This document shows positions 51,427-59,760 of a stretch of DNA of 64,000 nucleotides, in pieces. The stretch's first letter is position 1. Each line of letters opens with the position of its first letter. This DNA is from an uncultured Bacillota bacterium (lineage in GTDB: Bacteria > Bacillota > DTU025 > MWDF01), in NCBI GenBank assembly GCA_963823655.1, contig CAWGMK010000013.1, forward strand, positions 256,001-320,000, read 5' to 3'. Position numbers and translations under genes: made by a program. The notes under the pieces are model-generated. The model saw nothing but the letters and a program-made list of their open reading frames with translations. It ran no database searches and was not told the DNA's origin.

Positions 51427-52108
51427 ATGCTTCTGGTAGAGTGGAAAGCCTTTCTTGTTGATGCAGGATTAATACTGTTGTCCGTGGTCCTGGGCTCCAT
51501 GATCGGTTTCGAGAGGGAGGCACAGGGCAAATCCGCGGGCCTGCGCACTCACGTGCTGGTATGCGTAGGCGCGACGTTGATGTCCATTATATCGATGAGA
51601 GGGCTTCGGCGCCTGGGAGGACGGGCTAAGAGACCCCGGTCGGATGATAGGATATCTAGTCGCGGGCATCGGCTTCCTTGGCGCGGGAACAATACTAAGA
51701 GACGGCTTTAGCATCAAGGGGCTGACAACGGCGGCGAGCCTGTGGGCAACATGCATGGTTGGAATCACCGTAGGATCGGGCCTTGTGCTTTACGCCATCT
51801 TTACGACGGTGATCATCGTCATTATCCTGAGCCAGTTCAGCAAGATAGAGCGTTCAGTCGCAGTGAGGGCGTCTTCGATGCTGAAAATAAGCGCAGTAGA
51901 CCGACCCGGTTTGCTCGGAGATATCGCCGCCCTGTTCGGGCGGCATTCCATAAGCATAAAGAAGAGCGATATCAATACGGACCTCAAGACCGGCTTGGTC
52001 ACCATTGAATTCGAGCTTGAGAAGGTTTCGAAGGAAAGAAGGGTCTGCGATGTCGCATTCGAGCTGAACGATATCGAAGGCATCTGCAAATATGAGGTCA
52101 AGGAATAG
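51427..52108 (+). CDS. MgtC/SapB family protein with C-terminal ACT domain, copy 1 (frameshift near 51602)
   Basis: IGFERE, AGLRTH, GIGFLGAG, GLTTAASLW and DRPGLL motifs. Confidence 0.9.
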
Positions 52109-52187
52109 CTGCAAAACTTGATTTGCAGCAGTTTGGCCGTGCGGCAACTACTCTTTTTGATTGGGTTTGATTAGAAAGCGAGGGCGA

Positions 52188-52869
52188 ATGTTGTTGATCG
52201 ACTGGAGATTTCTCATTAGTCGATATGGGGCTTATCGTCCTTTCGTTGATCCTGGGCTCAGGCATAGGATACGAGAGGGAGGCCCATGGCAAGTCGGCTG
52301 GCCTTCGGACGCATGCCTTGGTCAGCGTGGGAGCAACATTGCTAACGATAGTATCAATGAGGGGATTCGGCGCCTGGGAGGGCGGCCTCAGGGATCCGGT
52401 GAGGATAGTCGGTCAGATTGTAGCCGGCATTGGTTTCCTTTGCGCAGGCACGATACTCCGAGACGGACTTAGCGTTAAGGGCCTTACAACGGCAGCCAGC
52501 CTTTGGACTACATGCATGATAGGCATTGTTGTGGGTACCGGGCTTATACAATACGGGATTCTTGGCGCTGTTATTGTTGTTCTGGTGCTTGGCCAGTTCA
52601 GCAAGATCGAATCAAGGATTTCGGTAAGAAGCATCTCCATGCTCAAGGTCGTAGCGACCGACAGGCCGGGCCTTCTGGGAGATATCGGACTTATACTAGG
52701 CAAATACCAAATTGGAATCAGCAAAAGCGAAATTAACTCGGATGTAAATTCCGGCCTTGTAAGCATAGATATGGAGCTGCGGAAACCTTCCAAGGACGTA
52801 AGCTTGTCGACGGCTGCGCTTGAGCTGAATTCTGTTCGCGGCATCCGCGATTATGAGATACATGAATAG
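52188..52869 (+). CDS. MgtC/SapB family protein with C-terminal ACT domain, copy 2 (frameshift near 52210)
   Basis: Same motifs as copy 1. The N-terminus MLLIDWR aligns with copy 1 MLLVEWK. Confidence 0.9.
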
Positions 52870-52876
52870 GAGCAAT

Positions 52877-53654
52877 ATGAAAGTATTAGTATCCAATGAC
52901 GACGGAATCCACGCTGAAGGGCTGGCGTCATTATGCAATTCGCTGAGCTCACTTAACCTTGAAGTATATGTGTGTGCGCCGGACAGGGAAAGAAGCGCTG
53001 CCAGCCATGCGCTGACGATGTACACTCCCTTGAGGTGCCATAGCTGTTGATTCCCCCGGCTTCCAGGCGAAGAAAGCATGGACTGCCGACGGAACGCCCG
53101 CAGATTGCGTCAAAATCGCCCTGGAACTGCTTATGAAGGATGACCTTCCCGATTTTGTAGTATCAGGTATCAACCGCGGGCCGAACCTCGGAAACGACAT
53201 CCTTTACTCCGGAACGGTAGCTGCGGCAGCTGAAGGCTGCTTCTTCGGCATTCCTTCAATGGCAGTGTCATGCACAGCCAAAAGGAAGCCCGACTATAAC
53301 GCCGCTTCGGCCTTCATAACCGACCACTTTCTAGGGCTTATGGAGAACGGCTTGCCTCAGGGCACAATGCTAAACGTGAACGTACCGCCGGAGGCCAAGA
53401 CCGAGGCGGGGAAGGCAGTCCTAAGGTTCACAAAAGCAGGGACCATGAAATATGCAGACATCTTTGAAGTCAGGAATGATCCGAGAGGTAAGCAATACCT
53501 ATGGATGTCCGGCGAGCCTGTTGAGGTGGATACCGACCCAACCTTCGATACGGTAACGATAAGGAATGGGTATGTATCAGTAACACCAGTAAGGTTTGAA
53601 CTCACTGATGATGAGTATTTAAATAGCCTGAGGGACAACAATCGAGAGAAGTAA
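52877..53654 (+). CDS. surE: 5'/3'-nucleotidase SurE (frameshift near 53045)
   Basis: SNDDG, GTPADCV, SGINRGPN and YSGTV motifs. Confidence 0.95.
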
Positions 53655-53681
53655 GTTTACGTACATATTATTATGTCAACT
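53654..53681 (+). other. Second dif-like 11-6-11 site (AGTTTACGTAC-ATATTA-TTATGTCAACT)
   Basis: Right arm is XerD-arm-like. The reverse complement of the left arm, GTACGTAAACT, also resembles the XerD arm. Confidence 0.5.
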
Positions 53682-53698
53682 TGGCGGTTATAGAATAA

Positions 53699-53774
53699 TG
53701 GCAGGGGAGACAGGACTTGAACCCGCAACCCTCGGTTTTGGAGACCGATGCTCTGCCAGTTGAGCTACTCCCCT
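53699..53774 (-). tRNA. tRNA-Trp(CCA)
   Basis: Cloverleaf AGGGGAG...CTCCCCTGCCA with anticodon loop CT-CCA-AA. Its own promoter TTGACA-17-TAGAAT lies at 53830-53802. Confidence 0.97.
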
Positions 53775-53867
53775 GCGATGGCATATTTGCTTGCAATATG
53801 TATTCTACCTAGTATAAGTCTTAGTGTCAATTCGATAACTCATTATAAGTGCATGGAGGTAGACAAA

Positions 53868-54446
53868 ATGGATGAGTTCAAGGTACCGGTAGGAATATCC
53901 AACAGGCATCTTCACCTGAGCGAGGCGGATCTTCATACTCTTTTCGGAGATGGATCTTGCTTGACCGTAAAGAAGCCGCTTTCACAGAAGGGGCAATACG
54001 CCTGTGAGGAGCTAGTTACTATAGTAGGACCCAAGGGAAGCCTCAGCAATGTTAGGGTTCTCGGACCTACAAGGAAGCAGACCCAGGTGGAAGTCTCCAA
54101 TACAGACGCAAGAGGGCTGGGCCTTGAGCCACCGGTAAGGGACAGCGCAGATCTTGCAGGAAGCGCGTCCGTAAAGCTTGTAGGGCCCAAGGGCGAGCTT
54201 ACGTTGCCAGAGGGTTGCATCATTGCCAAGCGCCACATCCATATAAACGACGAAGATGCAGCAAAGCTTGGCTTGAAGGACAGACAGCTAGTTAAGGCAA
54301 AGGTCGCCGGCAACCGTGGGCTGGTCTTTGATGAAGTTCTAATCAGGGTGCATCCGACATTCGTGCTCGAAATGCACTTGGATACGGATGAGGCTAATGC
54401 ATGCTCTTTGAAGAACGGCGAGACAGTCACCCTTATAACAGGCTAA
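53868..54446 (+). CDS. pduL: Phosphate propanoyl/acetyltransferase, PduL family
   Basis: SNRHLHL, RVLGP.R..QVE, RHIH and MHLDTDEANA motifs. No N-terminal encapsulation peptide. Confidence 0.93.
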   Translation: MDEFKVPVGISNRHLHLSEADLHTLFGDGSCLTVKKPLSQKGQYACEELVTIVGPKGSLSNVRVLGPTRKQTQVEVSNTDARGLGLEPPVRDSADLAGSASVKLVGPKGELTLPEGCIIAKRHIHINDEDAAKLGLKDRQLVKAKVAGNRGLVFDEVLIRVHPTFVLEMHLDTDEANACSLKNGETVTLITG

Positions 54447-54466
54447 TCAGGGGTGGCGAGCGTCTT

Positions 54467-54897
54467 GTGTTGCTGGAAGGCCCTAATGTAAAGACCTGGC
54501 TCCATTTCGAAGGCGAAATGGAGTCGGGTTCATCTTCATCGCTAGTCATTGCCATGCTGGGTGGACGCATCGTCCTTGTCTATAATGTGGCAAGAGGCGG
54601 CTGGGAGATACCCGGTGGTAAGCAAGAAGATGGTGAATCGCAGCTGGAATGCGCCCAAAGGGAGCTGCTACGAAGAAACCGGCCTGTTATCAGGTGAAAT
54701 GGTCCTTATATGCAGCTATCTGGTAGAAAAAGACGGCCGCCAGATGAAGGGCAACATCTTCGGATGCGAAATTAGCGGCCTTTGAACCGGTCCCGGACGG
54801 CGCTGAAACATCCGGAGTCGGGCTCTTTAAGGATTGCCCTTCAAAAGTAACCATGGACGATGGTTTCCTCCAATACATTTTCAAGAAGCTCTTATAA
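54467..54897 (+). CDS. NUDIX hydrolase (MutT/YtkD-like), two frameshifts
   Basis: WEIPGGK.E.GES..E.A.RE followed by EETG in the next frame. Confidence 0.75.
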
Positions 54898-54915
54898 GAT
54901 ATCAGGGGTGAGATT

Positions 54916-55128
54916 ATGCCAATATTCGAATTTAAGTGTGAGGACTGCTGCAATCAATTCGAGACATTAGCCAAGAAGGACGAACAAGTAAGTTGCCCAA
55001 AATGCCAATCCAAGAACACCAGGAAGCTGCTTTCGAAATTCGGTTTTGCTTCTGGCGCGGGTTTTAGATCATCTGTGGGAAGCGGCGACTGCGGAAGTTG
55101 CAGCAGCACGTCATGCACACCGACTTGA
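54916..55128 (+). CDS. FmdB family zinc-ribbon protein
   Basis: MPIFEFKC..C...FE......CPKC motif and a Cys-rich tail. Confidence 0.9.
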   Translation: MPIFEFKCEDCCNQFETLAKKDEQVSCPKCQSKNTRKLLSKFGFASGAGFRSSVGSGDCGSCSSTSCTPT

Positions 55129-55172
55129 GGACATTCACATTAGGGGCCAGTTTGGCTCCTTCTATATATAAT

Positions 55173-55200
55173 GGTTAACATAATGTGTATTATGCGACAT
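55173..55200 (-). other. Chromosome dimer resolution site dif
   Basis: Minus strand reads ATGTCGCATAA-TACACA-TTATGTTAACC, versus E. coli dif GGTGCGCATAA-TGTATA-TTATGTTAAAT. Intergenic and located at the gene-orientation switch. Confidence 0.88.
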
Positions 55201-55273
55201 CATATATAAGAGTAAAGGGCCCTCTCCCGGGGCCCCGATTATTTGCAGAACGTCATGCACATGACTTCGTGGA

Positions 55274-55640
55274 TCAAGACGTTACTATCTTCTTTCGTAA
55301 GCTATTGTCACTGGCCAGTACGGCATCCCTTACCGGTATCGACAATCTCATACCCGGGAATATCATTCCGTCCTGAATCCCGTTCTTTTTAATTGTCTCT
55401 TCTACGATACCTCTAATATCTTCGGTATCCCCGTATATGGATCTTACGCATTCCCAAACGGTATCTCCGGCCTTCACTTCAACGCTGTAGTAATCAAGCA
55501 TCTCCCCATCATTGCGCGCCAGAGGAGCTGAATACCAGACCAAGCATCAATGTCACAAGCGATATAGCTGTTATGAATATTACCAGCTTATCGGGGCTGT
55601 ACCTCTTGATCTTCGCGGTATAGTGGACGACTCCTAACAT
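55274..55640 (-). CDS. YneA-like LysM-domain SOS cell-division inhibitor (frameshift near 55520)
   Basis: ATG at 55640 after GGAGG, a TM helix, then the LysM motif VKAGDTVW...N.I....I.PG..L.IP. Divergent from lexA. Confidence 0.8.
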
Positions 55641-55658
55641 GTTGCCGCACCTCCTACC

Positions 55659-55670
55659 GAACATATGTTC
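55659..55670. promoter_or_regulatory. LexA (Cheo) box GAAC-ATAT-GTTC
   Basis: Perfect Firmicutes GAAC-N4-GTTC just downstream of the minus-strand TATAAT (55678-55683) of the yneA-like gene. Confidence 0.9.
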
Positions 55671-55716
55671 TGTTTTGATTATAGAGCCACTTTCGGTCAG
55701 GCAGTCAAGAGGAATC

Positions 55717-55755
55717 GAACAAATGTTTGTATCATATGCATTGTTCTGATATATT
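55717..55755 (+). promoter_or_regulatory. lexA promoter (TTGTAT-17-TATATT) overlapped by LexA box GAAC-AAAT-GTTT
   Basis: The box at 55717-55728 overlaps the -35 hexamer at 55727-55732. Confidence 0.8.
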
Positions 55756-55783
55756 AGGATTATAAAAACAAAGGGGTGTTAAA

Positions 55784-56399
55784 ATGCAGAGCCTTAACGA
55801 TAGAGAAGCAAGGATACTTAACTTCATATGCAATGAGGCTTCCGAAAAGGGCTTCCCCCCATCCGTAAGGGAGATTTGCGCAGCTGTAGGTCTGAAGTCC
55901 ACCTCGACTGTACATGGCTATCTAAATGCCCTTGAGAAGAAGGGCTTTATAAAGAGGGATTTGACCAAGCCTCGGGCTATAGATGTCCTTCAGAATTCCA
56001 GCGATTCGCAGAATATGAGAAGGATAGCGAAAAGCGTCCCGCTCATCGGCGCCGTTACTGCGGGCCTCCCTATCCTGGCGACGGAGAACATTACCGACTA
56101 TATTCCCCTGCCTAAGGAATGGGTCGGTGAGGACAAGGTCTTCATGTTGAAGTGTTAAAGGCGACAGCATGATCAATGCAGGCATATTCGATTCCGATAT
56201 GCTGGTGGTTAGAAGCCAGTCGGACGCCGAGAACGGCGACATCGTCGTGGCTATGATTGAAGACGAAGCAACGGTCAAACGCATGTACAAATCCAAAGGG
56301 CGCATCGAACTGCATCCGGAAAACCCATCCTATAGCGTGATAATCTCGGATTCAACCCAAGTATTGGGCAAGGTAATAGGCCTTATGAGGAAAATATAA
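55784..56399 (+). CDS. lexA: SOS repressor LexA (frameshift near 56155)
   Basis: PPSVREIC, STSTVHGYL, VTAGLP (Ala-Gly cleavage site), GDSM and ATVKR motifs. Confidence 0.96.
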
Positions 56400-56400
56400 G

Positions 56401-56426
56401 GCCCCGCCGTTAAGCGGGGCAATTTT
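56401..56426. terminator. Hairpin terminator between convergent genes
   Basis: GCCCCGC-CGTTAA-GCGGGGC followed by AATTTT. Confidence 0.7.
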
Positions 56427-56458
56427 CAATATTCAATTGGATACGCCCATCTTCGCTC

Positions 56459-56824
56459 CTACATCTTCGTTCCTATCGATGAAGTATCCTTCATATCCTT
56501 CTTCTCAACGCCACACGCCTTAAAGAAAATCTCCAAGGCCTGTTTGGCACCCCGATCCTCGGGGCTGCTCATCTGCGGCTTGTCATACAGTGTCGGCAGT
56601 TGCTGGTACCATTGCTTGGCAAGCAGGATCGCTCCTTCGACTCCTTCTCCACCTACGACGCCGATAAGTCGGTCATAAGTGTTCCTTCTTGCTGTCGCTT
56701 GCTTCGCCCAGAAATCGGGGTTCTCAGTCAACTGCGCAGCGAGGAAATCTTGTTTCGCGATGGCCCTGAAGCTTTCGAGCCCCCGCAGAATATCCTCGCT
56801 CGATATGAGGTTCATGGCACTCAC
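56459..56824 (-). CDS. Hypothetical protein (~120 aa)
   Basis: Clean ORF with a SD (AAGGAAAGGTG) and an upstream TATAAT; no recognisable motif. Confidence 0.65.
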   Translation of the reverse strand: MSAMNLISSEDILRGLESFRAIAKQDFLAAQLTENPDFWAKQATARRNTYDRLIGVVGGEGVEGAILLAKQWYQQLPTLYDKPQMSSPEDRGAKQALEIFFKACGVEKKDMKDTSSIGTKM

Positions 56825-56872
56825 ACCTTTCCTTGTTAATGAACCGTCCCTACTTAATTATACGATATTATC

Positions 56873-57506
56873 TCAAGATTCCTCACTAAGTAAAGACAAT
56901 ACTTTCTTCATGTCCGCCCATACATCCGCCTTCTTGGAAGGATCCCTCAGCAAGGCCGCCGGATGGAAGGTCGGCAGATAAGTCATTTCGTTATGGATCA
57001 GCACCTTCCCCCTCGCTTTGGTGATGCCGTCCTTGGTATCGGGGAATATGGACTTATAAGCAGTGGAACCGAGCAACACAATGACCTTCGGCTTTATTAT
57101 ATCAATCTGCCTGTTCAGATATCCTATACAGCTTTCGACCTCATCCTTCTCGGGCAAACGGTTCGCAGGGGGCCTGCACTTCACGATGTTGCCGATGTAT
57201 ACCTCTTCCCTGCTCATTCCCATAGCGGCGATGATATTGTCCAGCAGGTGGCCCGCAGCACCGATGAATGGCCTTCCCTTTGCGTCCTCGTCCGCCCCCG
57301 GCCCCTCGCCTATGAACATCAGCTTCGCTTCGATGTTGCCCTCTCCAGGCACAGTATTTGTCCTGGTTAAATGCAATCTGCATCTCGTGCACTTGGCCAC
57401 TTCGGCCTCTATAGCCCGCCATAAGAAGCTTCCTGTCGTAGATCTTAGTCACGATTTCGTCGGATTTCTCCTGCTCAGAGCCGAAAAGGCTAAACTGGAC
57501 ATCCAA
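56873..57506 (-). CDS. Family 4 uracil-DNA glycosylase ([4Fe-4S]) (frameshift near 57415)
   Basis: CTRC, GEGPG..ED..G.PF.G, NIVKCRPP and TFHPA motifs. The N-terminus MDVQFSLF... is in the adjacent frame. Confidence 0.92.
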
Positions 57507-57587
57507 TTGGCAGCACGCCCTTCCATGTAGAAAGTAATTGCAGATGAAAAGCTTCTGTTATATTATATTTATTGTCTGATTAGCAGT

Positions 57588-57664
57588 CGAGGTGTAGCGC
57601 AGTTTGGTAGCGCGCTTGGTTCGGGACCAAGAGGCCCCGGGTTCAAGTCCCGGCACCTCGACCA
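57588..57664 (+). tRNA. tRNA-Pro(CGG)
   Basis: CGAGGTG...CACCTCGACCA with anticodon loop TT-CGG-GA. Promoter TTGCAG-17-TATTAT at 57538-57566. Confidence 0.97.
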
Positions 57665-57670
57665 ATTTTT

Positions 57671-57754
57671 GCGAGAGTGGCGGAACGGCAGACGCACCAG
57701 ACTTAGGATCTGGCGGGGTGACTCGTGCGGGTTCAAGTCCCGCCTCTCGCACCA
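57671..57754 (+). tRNA. tRNA-Leu(TAG)
   Basis: GCGAGAG...CTCTCGCACCA with anticodon loop CT-TAG-GA and a long variable arm. Confidence 0.97.
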
Positions 57755-57778
57755 ATTCCCTTAATCATAAGGATTCTT

Positions 57779-57805
57779 GCGGCCATGGGCCGCTTTTTCT
57801 TTTTT
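57779..57805 (+). terminator. Terminator after the tRNA pair
   Basis: GCGGCC-ATG-GGCCGC followed by a T-rich tail. Confidence 0.75.
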
Positions 57806-57811
57806 ACCCCG

Positions 57812-58699
57812 CTACTCCTGCCGATTTCCATAGATTTGCTGATTTATCTCATCCAGCGACTCCATGGTGGCCTTTAGCCCTTTCTCTATGATCTCCTCCG
57901 CCTTGAAGAACTCGTGAGCCAGATAGCCCTCAATGGCTGGCCTGATTTTAACATCGGCATGATGGACGACCATCTTCACAAGCCTCTCCTGGAATATGTC
58001 AAAGCTGTTTAGCAGCACTGTTATCATATTGGGTGCGCCTTTGATGTTCGTTTTCGACACATCCGGAACAACGTCAACTCCTATAACAATATCGATGCCG
58101 ATCGCAGTCAAGTAGTCGCTTGGCACCGGATTTGACACGGCGCCATCAACGTAGTATTCCTCCTCAATCATATGAGGCACGAACACGCCTGGAATTGAAA
58201 TCGACGCTCTGACGGCGCTCCAGACGGCTCCTGTGTCGAATGCTTTCTCTTCGCCTGTCTTAATATTGGTTGATATTGCGATGAAAGGCATCTTCGTCTC
58301 GGCGAAAGTGCAATTATTCGTCAGCTTCATTATTAGCTTGTTGATCCTGCTGCCCCTCATCAAGCCAGACCTGCCCGTAATGCCAAGATCCAGGTACTTG
58401 ATTATGTCGGCCTGCCCTATAGATACCGCAAGCTCCGCCATCTCTCTCGTAGAAGTGCCACAAGCGTACGCTCCGCCCACAAGAGCGCCTGCGCTGCAGC
58501 CGACTATTGCGTCAATCGGGATATTGTTGTCCTCCAGGACCTTAAGAACGCCGATATGTGCAAGGCCCCTCGCAGCGCCCGAACCCAGCGCCAAACCTAC
58601 TGTCTTTCTGCCCAGGCCCTGCTTCAGAACGGTAATCCTTCCTCTTGGCTCCTTCAGGAATTCTTCGTCAGCCAGCACCCTGGCAATGCTGTCTAGCAT
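57812..58699 (-). CDS. Patatin-like phospholipase (RssA/NTE family)
   Basis: GSGAARG, GCSAG, AVRAS..PG and DGA motifs. Confidence 0.92.
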   Translation of the reverse strand: MLDSIARVLADEEFLKEPRGRITVLKQGLGRKTVGLALGSGAARGLAHIGVLKVLEDNNIPIDAIVGCSAGALVGGAYACGTSTREMAELAVSIGQADIIKYLDLGITGRSGLMRGSRINKLIMKLTNNCTFAETKMPFIAISTNIKTGEEKAFDTGAVWSAVRASISIPGVFVPHMIEEEYYVDGAVSNPVPSDYLTAIGIDIVIGVDVVPDVSKTNIKGAPNMITVLLNSFDIFQERLVKMVVHHADVKIRPAIEGYLAHEFFKAEEIIEKGLKATMESLDEINQQIYGNRQE

Positions 58700-58790
58700 A
58701 TGCTCACCTCACAAGTTCAAAAGAAAGTATGACAATGATATTTTCCTCTAAGTATGGACTCATTCCTTCTTGTCACTATCCACCGAAGGC

Positions 58791-58829
58791 AAAAAAATAT
58801 GGGGCCATCCTATGAAGGACAACCCCATT
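58791..58829 (-). terminator. Terminator after tRNA-Pro(GGG)
   Basis: Minus-strand ATGGGG..GTCC...GGAT..CCCCAT followed by a T-run. Confidence 0.7.
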
Positions 58830-58907
58830 TGGTCGGAGCGGGGAGACTTGAACTCCCGACCTCTTGCACCCCAAGCAAGCGCGCTAGCCAAACTGCGCCA
58901 CGCCCCG
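58830..58907 (-). tRNA. tRNA-Pro(GGG)
   Basis: CGGGGCG...CGCTCCGACCA with anticodon loop TT-GGG-GT. Promoter TTGAAA-17-TATTAT at 58951-58923. Confidence 0.96.
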
Positions 58908-59053
58908 TCGCTAACAATCAATATAATACCAGCATCTCTCCACCCTTTCAATACATTCCTGTTCAAAGAATTGCATCCCGATGCCAATCTTACATATGTC
59001 AACTAAATGGATTATACATTGCTATTCATCACCGTATACCCAGTTATAAAGCA

Positions 59054-59082
59054 AAAAGTAGACATTTATTATGTCTACTTTT
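59054..59082. repeat. Perfect 12-bp inverted repeat AAAAGTAGACAT-N5-ATGTCTACTTTT (terminator and/or binding site)
   Basis: Seen directly, just downstream of the minus-strand YprB-like gene. Confidence 0.75.
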
Positions 59083-59097
59083 AGTGCGATACCTTAT

Positions 59098-59760
59098 TTA
59101 CGGCCTCATGAATATGTTCCAGAGCCGGGCCGTTGATACAAGATCCATGATGTTATGGCGAATAATCGGAAGGAGCAAATCGTAATTGCGGCTATTTACA
59201 TATTCCCAATAGACCCTTGGAATTTTGCCGCCGGGGATATCGTCTTCCCTATTCCAGTCGGAGAGGCCCAGGATGTTTCGTTCAAGAGACTGCAAAGAGC
59301 AACTTGCAAGTTTATCCTTGTATCTCTTCCTCGCGGGTTTAAGAAGATCCACAGAGACGATGTCCGGAAGAGTGATGTTGCAGTAGCTCATCCTTTTCTC
59401 GATATAAGGGATGTCGAAGCTGTCGCCGTTGAAAGTCATCACTGCCGAGCGGTCCTTGACATGCGAGAGAAGCTGGTAGAGAACTGCCGGCTCCTCGGAG
59501 GGAGTGCGCGCCAGCAGCTGCGTGCACGATAGGCCGTCTTCCCGGGCGCTAAGAAGCCCTATTAGGAAAAGAGGCTGGTCTATGCCGGAAAGGCCCGTGG
59601 TTTCAATGTCCAGGAAATTGATGCCGAAGTAGTCCTCATATCTGATTTCTTTCACACAGGGAAGGGAGTTCTCGATGATGCTGCAGATGCCGAAGTCATT
59701 TCGCACGTCCTCGCCAACCAGCCTGGCCCCTGATACCAAATGTTCGTAGTCAGTCATCAT
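59098..59760 (-). CDS. YprB/MrfB-like RNase H-fold (DEDD) exonuclease
   Basis: FLDIETTGL, TFNG.SFD.P, DIPG..IP and HN..D motifs. Confidence 0.85.
   Translation of the reverse strand: MMTDYEHLVSGARLVGEDVRNDFGICSIIENSLPCVKEIRYEDYFGINFLDIETTGLSGIDQPLFLIGLLSAREDGLSCTQLLARTPSEEPAVLYQLLSHVKDRSAVMTFNGDSFDIPYIEKRMSYCNITLPDIVSVDLLKPARKRYKDKLASCSLQSLERNILGLSDWNREDDIPGGKIPRVYWEYVNSRNYDLLLPIIRHNIMDLVSTARLWNIFMRP

Noticed and set aside
57588-58907. tRNA-anchored genomic island around the patatin gene
   Set aside because: No integrase and no duplicated tRNA 3' end. The two tRNA-Pro genes are different isoacceptors with their own promoters.
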